Part shown: positions 1 to 8,502 of the stretch, piece by piece
Position numbering within the stretch: position 1 is the stretch's first letter
Layout of the letters: the number at the start of each line of letters is the position of its first letter
Origin: Alphaproteobacteria bacterium
Lineage (GTDB): Bacteria; Pseudomonadota; Alphaproteobacteria; CADEGL01
NCBI GenBank assembly: GCA_963666705.2
Contig: CAXXKO010000028.1
Span: 86,431-110,430 of the forward strand
DNA length: 24,000 nt
Reading direction: 5' to 3'
Made by a program: the position numbers and the translations under genes
The notes under the pieces: generated by a model
The model's input: the letters and a program-made list of their open reading frames with translations, nothing else
The model's database searches: none
Told to the model about the DNA's origin: nothing

Positions 1-335
1 ATACGGCAGGTGGCAGTAGACAACCGCCAAGCGCGAAGGCAAGCACACTCACCGCAATAATTCTCACTGATTTTCCCTCCAACACGCACGCTAACTTATG
101 CTTATTTTGCGGCACACTGCCGGATTTCATACCAGTGCGCAACTAGATATTGACTTAACTTGAAAAAAAACACACATCTTGCCCAATGTCTGACGTGCCA
201 AATGGAGGCCTTTTGGTATTGTTTTTGGCCAACCAGGATATCGAGACCGTACAAAGGCGAGACCCCGATTCATTCGCCCAGCGTTTTTCGGATCGAGGAA
301 ATCCATCCCCTCACTACTGGTTTGCCGTGACATAA
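1..335. other. Low-GC, apparently non-coding region upstream of rnd
   Basis: Hand counts of 60-nt blocks give about 57, 47, 35, 48 and 55% GC, against about 70% for the rest of the window. The only ORF is a 68-aa minus-strand ORF with no Shine-Dalgarno and no recognisable motif. Contains an A8 run and several short hairpins. Confidence 0.4.
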
Positions 336-497
336 TTGCGGCATCGCCAAGACGCCGTGACCCATTCCCTTGGGACCGCGGACTCTAGCCTTGAGGGCCT
401 TGCGAGGCACGACCCGGCGTGGGCCGCCATAATCCGCCGGCCAGAAGGGTCAGAGACCTTATCGACCCGGCGCGCGAGTATGTATATCTGGGCACGC

Positions 498-1676
498 ATG
501 AACCAAATCTTGGACACAAGTACCCTCGACGCGCTCTGTCGACGACTCCGTCAAGTCCCCTTCGTCACGATCGACACGGAGTTCATCCGGGAAAAGACCT
601 ATTGGCCGCTGCTCTGCCTCGTGCAGCTCGCGGGCCCGGAGGAAGCCGCGGTCATCGACGCGCAGGCGGAGGGATTGGATCTCCAGCCCCTGCTCGAGCT
701 CCTCGCGGACCGGTCCGTGCTCAAGGTCTTCCACGCGGCGCGGCAGGATATCGAGATCTTCCATCACCTGACGGGTACCGTTCCCGCGCCCGTATTCGAC
801 ACACAGATCGCGGCCATGGTGTGCGGATTCGGCGACCAGGTGGGCTACGACCGGCTCGTCGCCAAGCTCGCCGGCGAGCACATCGACAAGGGTCCCCGCT
901 TCACGGACTGGAGCCTCCGGCCCCTGACCGCGAAGCAGATCAGCTACGCGCTCGCCGATGTGACGCACTTGCGCGTCATCTACGAAAAGCTCCAGCAAAA
1001 GCTGGAGCGCAACGGGCGGGTTTCGTGGCTCCAGGAGGAGATGGGCATCCTCACCACGCCCGAAACCTATAGAGCCGAGCCCGAGGACGCCTGGAAGCGC
1101 TTCAAGCTGCGCGGTAGCGACCCGCGCTACCTGGCGCTGGTCCAGGCGCTGGCGGCGTGGCGCGAGCGCGAGGCGCAAGCGCGGGACATTCCCCGCAACC
1201 GCATGCTGCGCGACGAGGCCATCACCGAGATCGCGGCGAGCCACCCGCGGGACGCGGACGCCCTCGCGCGCACGCGGGCGCTGCCGCGAAGCGTGGCCCA
1301 AGGAAACATCGGCGCGGCCATCCTGGAGACGGTCGAAAGGACCATGTCCCTGCCGCCGTCCGAGCTGCCCCGCCCGGCGCCCAGGCCCGACCTGCCGCGC
1401 GGCTTGGGCCCGGTGATCGACCTGCTCCGGGTGCTGCTCAAGATGCGCTGCGACGAAAGCGGGGTGGCGCCGAAGCTGGTGGCGAGCTCGGCCGACTTGG
1501 AGCGCATCGCCGCCGACGACGAGGCGCCTGTCCGGGCACTCGGCGGCTGGCGCCGCCAGCTATTCGGCGAAGACGCGCTGGCGCTCAAACACGGGCGTAT
1601 CGCGCTCACCGCCGACGGCAAGCGGATGAAGGTCGTGGCGACAGGTGCCGCGGCGGAACCGACCGCGGCGCAGTAA
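498..1676 (+). CDS. rnd: Ribonuclease D (3'-5' exoribonuclease, DEDD family with HRDC region)
   Basis: ORF 336..1676. The sequence MNQILDTSTLDALCRRLRQVPFVTIDTEFIREKTYWPLLCLVQLAG aligns with the RNase D N-terminus and DEDD exo motif I (DTEF); HAARQDIE and YALADVTHL supply the other exo motifs. The ATG at 498 matches the E. coli Rnd N-terminus. The upstream extension (ATG 336 or 480) looks non-coding. Confidence 0.9.
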   Translation: MNQILDTSTLDALCRRLRQVPFVTIDTEFIREKTYWPLLCLVQLAGPEEAAVIDAQAEGLDLQPLLELLADRSVLKVFHAARQDIEIFHHLTGTVPAPVFDTQIAAMVCGFGDQVGYDRLVAKLAGEHIDKGPRFTDWSLRPLTAKQISYALADVTHLRVIYEKLQQKLERNGRVSWLQEEMGILTTPETYRAEPEDAWKRFKLRGSDPRYLALVQALAAWREREAQARDIPRNRMLRDEAITEIAASHPRDADALARTRALPRSVAQGNIGAAILETVERTMSLPPSELPRPAPRPDLPRGLGPVIDLLRVLLKMRCDESGVAPKLVASSADLERIAADDEAPVRALGGWRRQLFGEDALALKHGRIALTADGKRMKVVATGAAAEPTAAQ

Positions 1677-1745
1677 TGCGGCAGCCGCTGGACCGCGGAC
1701 GGCGCCCGGCGGCGCCGCGTCGCGAGACCGATATCTAGGGGGCAG

Positions 1746-2267
1746 TTGCACGCCGTGCCGACGCTCTACCTTCTCCGACACGCCCGCTACACGGCCAAGG
1801 CGGGCGACGGCGACCCACCGCTCGACGAGGTCGGCCGCGCCGACGCGGCGAGATTGGGAGCCCATATGGAGGCCGCCGGCCTGGTTCCCGACACCATCCT
1901 CTGCTCCACCGTAAGACGCGCGGCCGAAACCCTCGACCTCATCGCGGGGCGGCTCGGCGCCCGGCCCGATATCGTCAGGGATTCGCTGCTGACGGTGGCG
2001 GACGAGGCCGGCCTGCTCCACCGGCTGCGCCTCCTCGAAGAGGCGCGGCGGCACGTCATGTTCATCGGCCACAACCCGACCATGCACCGCTTCGCCCTAC
2101 GGATGGTCGGCGGCGGGGCCGCGGCGACGCGAAGCCGGCTCGAGCGCGGCTTCCCGGCGGGCGCCTTCGCCGCGATCGAGCTCCCGGACCGGCCCTGGGA
2201 GTCTCAGGGGCCAGGCGACGGCGCACTGCTCGTCTTCCTCACGCCCGCCGATCTTCCGCGCGCGTAA
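1746..2267 (+). CDS. Histidine phosphatase family protein (SixA-like phosphohistidine phosphatase)
   Basis: 173-aa ORF with a TTG start. It has the LYLLRHA (RHG-type) motif near the N-terminus, ILCSTVRRAAET, and a second catalytic His in FIGHNPTM, as in the SixA branch of the histidine phosphatase superfamily. Confidence 0.75.
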   Translation: MHAVPTLYLLRHARYTAKAGDGDPPLDEVGRADAARLGAHMEAAGLVPDTILCSTVRRAAETLDLIAGRLGARPDIVRDSLLTVADEAGLLHRLRLLEEARRHVMFIGHNPTMHRFALRMVGGGAAATRSRLERGFPAGAFAAIELPDRPWESQGPGDGALLVFLTPADLPRA

Positions 2268-2279
2268 CGCCCCGCCCGC

Positions 2280-3113
2280 TCAGGACCCGGGCTTCCACCA
2301 GTCGTCGGGCGACTCGATGGCGCGGAAATTGGCCATCTTCCGAGGCCGCTCCTCGGGCAGGCACAGCATGTTGACCGAGACGATGCGACCGAAGACGTTC
2401 TCGGGGTTGGCGAGGAAGTTGTCGGGGTTGAACAGCGGCGGCAGGTGCCAGTAGAGACGGTAGCCGAGGCCGAAGAGCTGGGCGATAAGGGATGCGGACT
2501 TCTCGCGCCGGTCGTTCTCCACATAGAGCACGGGCCGGAACGCACGGATCGTTTCCGCGGCGCCCGCGATGACCTCGCCCTCCATGCCCTCGACGTCGAT
2601 CTTGAGGAAGTGGCAGGCGCCGAGGCCGAAATCGTCGAGCCGCGCCACGCGGACCCGTGCGCCCTTCTCGTATTCGCCGAGCGTCACGCCGCCGAAATTG
2701 CCCTCCGCGCCATAATCGATGTTGGGCACGAGGATGTGGCCTTCCTCCCGCCCGGCCGCCGCATGGTGGGTATGGACGTTGGTGTGGCCGGCCAGCGCCA
2801 CGTTCGCGCACAACATCTGGAACAGGACGCGTTGGGGCTCGAGTGCCAGCACCCCGCCCCCCGGCCCCACCATGGCCGCGAGCGCCGCGGTATGGGCGCC
2901 GATATTGGCGCCGATTTCGGCCACCACCTGGCCTGGTTTCACAAGCTGCCGGAACAGGTCCGCCTCACCCTGCGAGAACTCGCCGTAGCGGTCGAGCGAC
3001 CAGCCGACGAAGCGGTCGGTGAGCGGATAGACCGTGAGGCCGTGCCGGCAGCGCCGGAGCCGGGTATAGCCCCGGTCGAACAGAACCTCGCCCGGCCAAG
3101 CGCCGCCGGTCAA
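2280..3113 (-). CDS. FkbM-family SAM-dependent methyltransferase
   Basis: This is the C-terminal 277 aa of ORF 2280..3578. It has SAM motif I VVAEIGANIGAHT and the FkbM signature FLKIDVEGMEGEVIAG. The part of the ORF upstream of 3113 overlaps the SDR gene and is Arg/His-rich junk. The only ATG/GTG/TTG I identified at or just upstream of the conserved block is TTG 3111-3113, which overlaps the SDR stop (TTGA). Identity is more certain than the start. Confidence 0.7.
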   Translation of the reverse strand: MTGGAWPGEVLFDRGYTRLRRCRHGLTVYPLTDRFVGWSLDRYGEFSQGEADLFRQLVKPGQVVAEIGANIGAHTAALAAMVGPGGGVLALEPQRVLFQMLCANVALAGHTNVHTHHAAAGREEGHILVPNIDYGAEGNFGGVTLGEYEKGARVRVARLDDFGLGACHFLKIDVEGMEGEVIAGAAETIRAFRPVLYVENDRREKSASLIAQLFGLGYRLYWHLPPLFNPDNFLANPENVFGRIVSVNMLCLPEERPRKMANFRAIESPDDWWKPGS

Positions 3114-3889
3114 AGGGTGCCGGGATAGGAGCCGCCGTCGAGCACCAGGTTCTGGCCGGTGATAAAGCTCGCCTGATCGCTGCACAGATAGGCGCAGGCG
3201 TCGCCGAACTCCTCGGCCGTGCCGAACCGGCCGGCGGGGTTCCCCTCCATGCGCGCACGGCGCACGTCCTCGATGCTCGTCCCGGTGGCCTCGGCCATGG
3301 CGATCATGGTGCCCTGGAGGCGGTCGGTATCGAAGGGCCCCGGCAGGATATTGTTGATGGTCACGTTGCGGCGCACGGTCTCGCGCGCGAGGCCGGCGAC
3401 GGCCCCGGTGAGGCCCGCGCGGGCGCCGTTCGACAGGCCGAGGATCGGTATCGGCGCCTTCACCGAGGTCGAGGTGATGTTGACGATGCGGCCCCAGCCG
3501 CGCTCCATCATGCCATCGACCGTGGCCTTGATGAGCAGGATGGGCGTCAGCATGTTGGCGTCGACGGCCGCGATCCATTCGTCCCGCCCCCAGTCGTGGA
3601 ACTTGCCGGGCGGTGGGCCGCCCGCATTGTTGACCAGGATGTCGGGCGCGGGGCAGGCGGCGAGGGCCGCCACCCTGCCCTCGTCCGTGGTGATATCGGC
3701 CGCCACGGCCGTGACCCTGGCCCCCGTGGCCGCGCGAATTGCCTCGGCCGTCGCCTCGAGCGGCCCTGGCGTGCGGGCGACGATCGTCACGTCACAGCCT
3801 TCGCGCGCGAGGGCGTGCGCGCAGCCCCGCCCGAGCCCCTTGCTGGCCGCGCATACCAACGCCGATCTGCCCGCGATTCCGAGATCCAT
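3110..3889 (-). CDS. Short-chain dehydrogenase/reductase family protein (atypical, no YxxxK)
   Basis: 259 aa. Rossmann motif ALVCAASKGLGRG, NNAG motif, and a C-terminal ITGQNLVLDGG typical of SDRs. GGGGAGG Shine-Dalgarno 8 nt upstream of ATG 3889. The expected catalytic Tyr/Lys position reads LSNGAR. Confidence 0.85.
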   Translation of the reverse strand: MDLGIAGRSALVCAASKGLGRGCAHALAREGCDVTIVARTPGPLEATAEAIRAATGARVTAVAADITTDEGRVAALAACPAPDILVNNAGGPPPGKFHDWGRDEWIAAVDANMLTPILLIKATVDGMMERGWGRIVNITSTSVKAPIPILGLSNGARAGLTGAVAGLARETVRRNVTINNILPGPFDTDRLQGTMIAMAEATGTSIEDVRRARMEGNPAGRFGTAEEFGDACAYLCSDQASFITGQNLVLDGGSYPGTL

Positions 3890-3904
3890 GCCGACTGCCT
3901 CCCC

Positions 3905-4600
3905 TTAAGTATCGATCCCACGGGCCCGGAGGACCTCGCGCACGAAGGGCACCGTCACATTGCGATGGGCGGCCAGCGCGCCCGCATCGATGGTGGCCAC
4001 CACATCGCGGGCGGCCTCGAAGGACCGCTCCATGCGGCGGACGAGAAACCCAACCACCTCTCGGCCGACGCGCAGCTGGCGATCGGCGAACAGCTTGACC
4101 AAGACCGCGGCCATGAGGGCGTCGTCGGGCGCCGTGACCGCCACCGCCGGAGCGGCGCGCAGGCGCGAGGCCAGGTCGGGCAGGCGAATGGCCCAGCGCG
4201 CGGGCGCCGTCCGAGCCGTCAGCAGCAGGTGGCCGCCCGCTTCCGCCAGCGCGGTATGGAGGTGGAGGAGTGCCGCCTCGTCGATCCGGCCCCCCCCTTC
4301 GAGGACCCGGTCGGCATCATCGAGGACCACGGCGCCAACCGCCTCGGCCAGCCGGCGTGCCCCGGCCGCCGTCAAGTCCGCGGCACCGACCGGCCGGGCG
4401 TGGGCGCGGGCCCGAAAGACCTGGGCGAGATGGGTCTTGCCACAGCCCCGCGGGCCATGGATCGCGAGGACCGGCCCCGGCCATCGCGGCCAGCTGTCGA
4501 GCCAGCCTACCGCGGCCTCGTTGCACGGCCCGACGACGAAGTCCTCCATGCCGAGCGCGGGCCGAGTCCCGAGGTCGAGCGCGAGCTGATCGACGCTCAT
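3905..4600 (-). CDS. hdaA: DnaA regulatory inactivator HdaA/Hda (DnaA-related AAA+)
   Basis: MSVDQLALDLG...NEAAVGWLDSWPRWPGPVLAIHGPRGCGKTHLAQVF (Walker A) and VLDDADR (Walker B-like), about 231 aa as for Hda. The ATG at 4598-4600 overlaps the upstream gene stop (ATGA). The ORF-track extension to 4882 is Arg-rich and overlaps the transporter gene. Confidence 0.8.
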   Translation of the reverse strand: MSVDQLALDLGTRPALGMEDFVVGPCNEAAVGWLDSWPRWPGPVLAIHGPRGCGKTHLAQVFRARAHARPVGAADLTAAGARRLAEAVGAVVLDDADRVLEGGGRIDEAALLHLHTALAEAGGHLLLTARTAPARWAIRLPDLASRLRAAPAVAVTAPDDALMAAVLVKLFADRQLRVGREVVGFLVRRMERSFEAARDVVATIDAGALAAHRNVTVPFVREVLRARGIDT

Positions 4601-5682
4601 GGCTCGGCGTCCGAATCCGGTGGCCCCTCGACGCCGCGATAGAGCGGGCTCGCGAGATAGCGCGAAAGCGCGAAGCGGATGAGCACGCCGATGGCGGCCG
4701 CGAGGGGAATGGCGAGGAGCAGGCCCACAAAGCCGAGCAATGCGCCGCCCGCGAGCAGCGCGAATATGATCCAAACCGCGTGCAGCCCGACCCGGTCGCC
4801 GACCAGCTTGGGCTGGAGGACGTTGCCCTCGATCGCCTGACCGACAATGAAGATCGCGGCGACGATGGCGATATCGATCCACTCGGAGAACTGGGACACG
4901 GCGAGGGCGATGGCGACGACGAACCCGCTCACCGCACCAAGATAGGGAACGAAGGAGATCAAGCCGGCCGAGAGTCCGACGATGAGCCCGAACTTGAGCC
5001 CGGCGATGGAAAGGGCGATGGCGTAGAAGGCGCCGAGTGCCAAGCAGACCATGGCCTGCCCGCGCACGAAGCCCGAGATGGTGCGGTCGATCTGGCGCAG
5101 GAGGTCGCGGATGGTCGCCGCATGCTGGCGCGGCAGCCAGTCATCGACCTTGACCCTCATGCGGTCCCAATCCCGCAACAGGTAGAAGGCGACGATCGGC
5201 GTGATGAAGATGAGGGAGAGGAGATTGAAGAGGGCGAGGCCGCCACTCACGATCCGGGCCACCATGGAGCCGATGCTGCCGACCACGCCGCCGACATACT
5301 CGCCGATCGCGGTACGAAGGCGCTCCGCGTACTCGGGCGGCAGCTTGGCCTGGGCGATGGCCAGAAGGGCCTGAATCTGCTCCCACAAGAATTGGCCGAT
5401 CGCCGGCAAGGCCGAGATCAATTCCACGATCTGGTTTTGGAGAAGAGGGAACAGGAGCAGAATGACGGCGAACGTGAGCACCACGATGAGAAGCGTGATG
5501 ATGCAGGTGGCGACTGTTCGCGAGCAGCCCCACTTCTCCAGCTTGTCCGCCGCGGGATCGAAGAAATAGGCGATCGCCATGCCGGCGACGAAGGGCAGCA
5601 GGATGCTGCTCAGCAGGTAGAGCGCCACGACCAGGAACGCGAGGGCCCCGAGCCAATAACGGAGCTGCCTGGCCGGGCTCAT
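4597..5682 (-). CDS. AI-2E family transporter (PerM/YdiK-like permease)
   Basis: 361 aa beginning MSPARQLRYWLGALAFLVVALYLL. Multiple hydrophobic helices and a conserved FVPYLG...QAIEGNVLQPKLVG block typical of AI-2E/PerM permeases. The ATG at 5680-5682 overlaps the upstream stop (ATGA). The ORF-track extension to 6561 is spurious. Confidence 0.85.
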   Translation of the reverse strand: MSPARQLRYWLGALAFLVVALYLLSSILLPFVAGMAIAYFFDPAADKLEKWGCSRTVATCIITLLIVVLTFAVILLLFPLLQNQIVELISALPAIGQFLWEQIQALLAIAQAKLPPEYAERLRTAIGEYVGGVVGSIGSMVARIVSGGLALFNLLSLIFITPIVAFYLLRDWDRMRVKVDDWLPRQHAATIRDLLRQIDRTISGFVRGQAMVCLALGAFYAIALSIAGLKFGLIVGLSAGLISFVPYLGAVSGFVVAIALAVSQFSEWIDIAIVAAIFIVGQAIEGNVLQPKLVGDRVGLHAVWIIFALLAGGALLGFVGLLLAIPLAAAIGVLIRFALSRYLASPLYRGVEGPPDSDAEP

Positions 5683-6224
5683 GTGGTGTCTTCCAGGGTG
5701 GCCGTCTGGCGCGCCCACTTGAACAGATAGCTCCCCCCCGAGAGCAGGGTCGTGGTCGCGACGGCGTAGATCAGGGCGTCGATCAACAGCCTGTCGCCGA
5801 TCCCGAGTCCCAGCATGGCGAGCGTAAGCGCCGCCAGCACGATCTGGGCGAAGGTATTGAGCTTGCTGATCAGCAGGGGCTGGATCTTGACCGACTGGCT
5901 CATCATCAGGGCGAGGGCCGAGCAGCCGACGATCAGCATGTCGCGGGCGACGACCAGGATAACGAGCCAGGACGGCAGCTCGTCCTGGATGCCCAGCACC
6001 ACGTAGACGCTGACCAGCAGCACCTTGTCGGCCAGGGGGTCGAGGTAACGCCCGAGCTCGGTGCGCTGGCCGAGCCGCTTGGCGAGATAGCCGTCGACGC
6101 CGTCGGATACCCCCGCCGCCACGAATAGCCAGAAGGCGGCGCCATAGGCGCCCGTGGTGATGAGCCAGAGCGCCACCGGGACCGAGAGCAGCCGCGCGAG
6201 GCTTATGACGTTGGGCGCGTTCAC
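5679..6224 (-). CDS. CDP-alcohol phosphatidyltransferase family protein (PgsA-like)
   Basis: 181 aa, polytopic. Carries the CDP-alcohol phosphatidyltransferase signature DGVDGYLAKRLGQRTELGRYLDPLADK (D-G-x2-A-R-x8-G-x3-D-x3-D). The GTG start at 6222-6224 overlaps the upstream stop (GTGA). Confidence 0.85.
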   Translation of the reverse strand: MNAPNVISLARLLSVPVALWLITTGAYGAAFWLFVAAGVSDGVDGYLAKRLGQRTELGRYLDPLADKVLLVSVYVVLGIQDELPSWLVILVVARDMLIVGCSALALMMSQSVKIQPLLISKLNTFAQIVLAALTLAMLGLGIGDRLLIDALIYAVATTTLLSGGSYLFKWARQTATLEDTT

Positions 6225-7357
6225 TCGCCGGGCGCCGTGGTGGCGGCGGGCGCCGCGCCGAGGCGCAGCACCCAGTCGAGCGGCTCGCGGACGAGGTCGA
6301 GGCCCGCCGCTTGGAGCGCGGCCGAGAGCCGTGTCTCGTCGCCCAGATAGCTGAGGTCGATGCGCGCCGACCGGCGCGAGATGGCGATCGGCTCGACGCC
6401 CATGACGACGGCGATGGCGGCCAGCCGGCTCCGCACCTCGATCCAGTCACCGAGCCCACCCAGGGGAACCACGGCCACGAGGCTCGTGGCGAGGTCGAAA
6501 TTGAGCAGGTTGTCGCGTTTCCAGCTCTCCTCGATGCCCTGGCTGATGGCCGCCACGGCACGCGCCAGCAAGACCTCCTCGCGCTCCCCGGGCTCGGCCG
6601 CGAACTGCCGGACCGTGGTCGGCTCCGGCGTTGTGGTGCCGTAGTGGCTGACCGTGACCCCGAGGGTCGTCGCGTCCTGCATGTCGTTTACGGTCAGCCG
6701 TGCCAGCGCCACCATGGTCCGTGTGGCGCCATAGCGCGCGCCGATCAGGGCGAGGCGCCCTTGGTTGCCCCCGAGGGCGTGTGTCGCGTCGATGTCCGCA
6801 ACGTCCCGCAAGTCGCCATAGGGCACGACGAGCGGCACCAATCCAGCGTTGGTGGGGGCGGCGTACCAGGCCTCGCGCCAGGGATTGGGGTCGTCCCACA
6901 GCAGTAGCTCGCCCCGGAAATCGAAGACGGGCAGGACGAGGACCGGCTTGCTCGGCGTCTCGGCGAAGGGAACGCGGGCACCCCGAAGGAGAGCGCGCAC
7001 CGCCCGCGGCTTGAAGCGGATCGTCAGCTTGGCGAGATAGCGGACGGAGGAGGTCTTCTCCTCGGCAACGTCGAAGTCCCTGATGAGGGCGCCGATCCCG
7101 GCACCATCCAGCTCCGGCACACCCAGTGCGCCCGCCGGGACGAGCCGCGCCATGAGGCGCCCATAGGCGCGCCGCTGCCCCTCGGCGAGCGCCAGCTCGC
7201 GGGCCGCGGTGGCCGTGTCCGCCGTCCGGTCCACGACCACGCCTTGGACCACGAATACGCCCTCGTCCGCGGTCTGCGCCGCGGCGGCGGTCGAGATGAC
7301 GGCAAATGCAAGACCGGCCGCCAACATCACGAGCCGGACACTTCCCCGACGAGCCAT
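6221..7357 (-). CDS. Exported protein of unknown function (recalled as DUF2066-like)
   Basis: 378 aa from ATG 7355-7357. N-terminal signal peptide [30 protein letters not shown]. Composition is ordinary and protein-like. Its position, divergent from purM and upstream of a permease and hda, matches the DUF2066 neighbourhood as I recall it. The family assignment is from memory, not from a search. Confidence 0.65.
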   Translation of the reverse strand: MARRGSVRLVMLAAGLAFAVISTAAAAQTADEGVFVVQGVVVDRTADTATAARELALAEGQRRAYGRLMARLVPAGALGVPELDGAGIGALIRDFDVAEEKTSSVRYLAKLTIRFKPRAVRALLRGARVPFAETPSKPVLVLPVFDFRGELLLWDDPNPWREAWYAAPTNAGLVPLVVPYGDLRDVADIDATHALGGNQGRLALIGARYGATRTMVALARLTVNDMQDATTLGVTVSHYGTTTPEPTTVRQFAAEPGEREEVLLARAVAAISQGIEESWKRDNLLNFDLATSLVAVVPLGGLGDWIEVRSRLAAIAVVMGVEPIAISRRSARIDLSYLGDETRLSAALQAAGLDLVREPLDWVLRLGAAPAATTAPGE

Positions 7358-7410
7358 TGCAAAGCGTCCCCGTTTCAGTATCTTCTCGGCGCGAGGGGGC
7401 ATTTCGCCCT

Positions 7411-7416
7411 TATAAT
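7411..7416 (+). promoter_or_regulatory. Perfect TATAAT hexamer in the DUF2066/purM divergent spacer (candidate purM -10)
   Basis: TATAAT at 7411-7416, 24 nt upstream of ATA 7441. No convincing -35 at 17-bp spacing. Confidence 0.3.
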
Positions 7417-7440
7417 GCCTCTCTTACACGCGAGGAAGCC

Positions 7441-8502
7441 ATAACCACACGCAGCTACCGGGCGGCGGGCGTCGATATCGCGGCTGGCGCGGCACTGGTC
7501 GAGGCCATCAAGCCCCTGGCGGCCGCGACCGCGCGTGCCGGCGCAACCGGCGGCCTCGGCGGATTCGGCGGCATGTTCGACCTGGCCGCCGCCGGTTTCC
7601 GCGACCCCGTCCTGGTGGCGGCGACGGACGGGGTGGGTACCAAGCTCGAGATCGCCGGCGCGGTGGGCCGGCACGACACGATCGGGATCGACCTAGTCGC
7701 CATGTGCGTGAACGATCTGGTCGTGCAGGGTGCCGAGCCCTTGTTCTTCCTCGACTACTTCGCCACCGGGCGGCTCGATGTGGCGAAGGCCGAGGCCGTC
7801 GTCTCGGGCATCGCCGCCGGCTGCCGCGAGGCCGGCTGCGCCCTGATCGGCGGCGAGACGGCGGAGATGCCGAGCCTGTACGCCGGCGCGGACTACGACC
7901 TCGCCGGCTTCGCCGTCGGCGCGGTGGAGCGTGACCGGGTCCTGACCGGCGCGGATGTGGCCGAGGGCGACATCGTGCTCGGCCTCGCCGCCAGCGGGCT
8001 GCACTCGAACGGCTTCTCCCTGGTACGCCAAGTGGTGGCGGAGAGCGGCCTGGACTACGGCGGGCCGGCGCCGTTCGGCCCGGAGAAGCGCCTTGGTGAA
8101 GCGCTGCTGGAGCCGACCCGTATTTATGTGCGGAGCTGCCTCGCGGCCATCGCCACCGGGCATGTCCGGGCGCTCGCGCATATCACGGGTGGCGGCCTCG
8201 TCGAGAATATACCCAGGGTGTTGCCGGGCGGCCTCGCCTGCCGCATCGACGGCGGCGCCTGGCCGGTGCCGCCGGTCTTCGCCTGGCTCGGCGAATCGGG
8301 CCGGGTGCCGGGCCCGGAGATGGCGCGCACCTTCAACTGCGGCATCGGCATGATCGCCATCGCCGCGGCGGCGGGCGCGGATGCCGCCCAAGCAGCCTTG
8401 CGCGAAGCCGGCGAAGCCGTGTGGCCCATCGGCCGGGTCGCGCCGCGGGCCGGCGGCGACCCGGTGATCATCGACGGCATGGGTGAGCGGTGGCCGCGCT
8501 GA
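7441..8502 (+). CDS. purM: Phosphoribosylformylglycinamidine cyclo-ligase (AIR synthetase)
   Basis: [21 protein letters not shown]...[12 protein letters not shown]...[14 protein letters not shown]...[33 protein letters not shown] is collinear with E. coli PurM. The ORF is open from ATG 7306, but the conserved N-terminus begins about 7450. The only in-frame canonical starts upstream are ATG 7306 and TTG 7357. The start given here is the ATA at 7441, preceded by GAGGAAG (see finding). Confidence 0.9.
   Translation: MTTRSYRAAGVDIAAGAALVEAIKPLAAATARAGATGGLGGFGGMFDLAAAGFRDPVLVAATDGVGTKLEIAGAVGRHDTIGIDLVAMCVNDLVVQGAEPLFFLDYFATGRLDVAKAEAVVSGIAAGCREAGCALIGGETAEMPSLYAGADYDLAGFAVGAVERDRVLTGADVAEGDIVLGLAASGLHSNGFSLVRQVVAESGLDYGGPAPFGPEKRLGEALLEPTRIYVRSCLAAIATGHVRALAHITGGGLVENIPRVLPGGLACRIDGGAWPVPPVFAWLGESGRVPGPEMARTFNCGIGMIAIAAAAGADAAQAALREAGEAVWPIGRVAPRAGGDPVIIDGMGERWPR

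Noticed and set aside
127-333. 68-aa minus-strand ORF in the low-GC left region as a possible small foreign gene
   Set aside because: No Shine-Dalgarno upstream of its ATG and no recognisable motif or family. ORFs of this size arise easily by chance. It is retained only as part of the low-GC observation.
4270-5730. 486-aa + strand ORF, plus similar long ORFs at 8124..9509 (-), 16293..17456 (-), 16595..17989 (+), 19520..20956 (-) and 20950..21948 (-)
   Set aside because: All are antisense or out of frame relative to genes with strong family signatures (AI-2E permease, purM/purN, lptG, lptD, surA, pdxA). They have Arg/Pro/Gly/Asp-biased composition and no recognisable domains.
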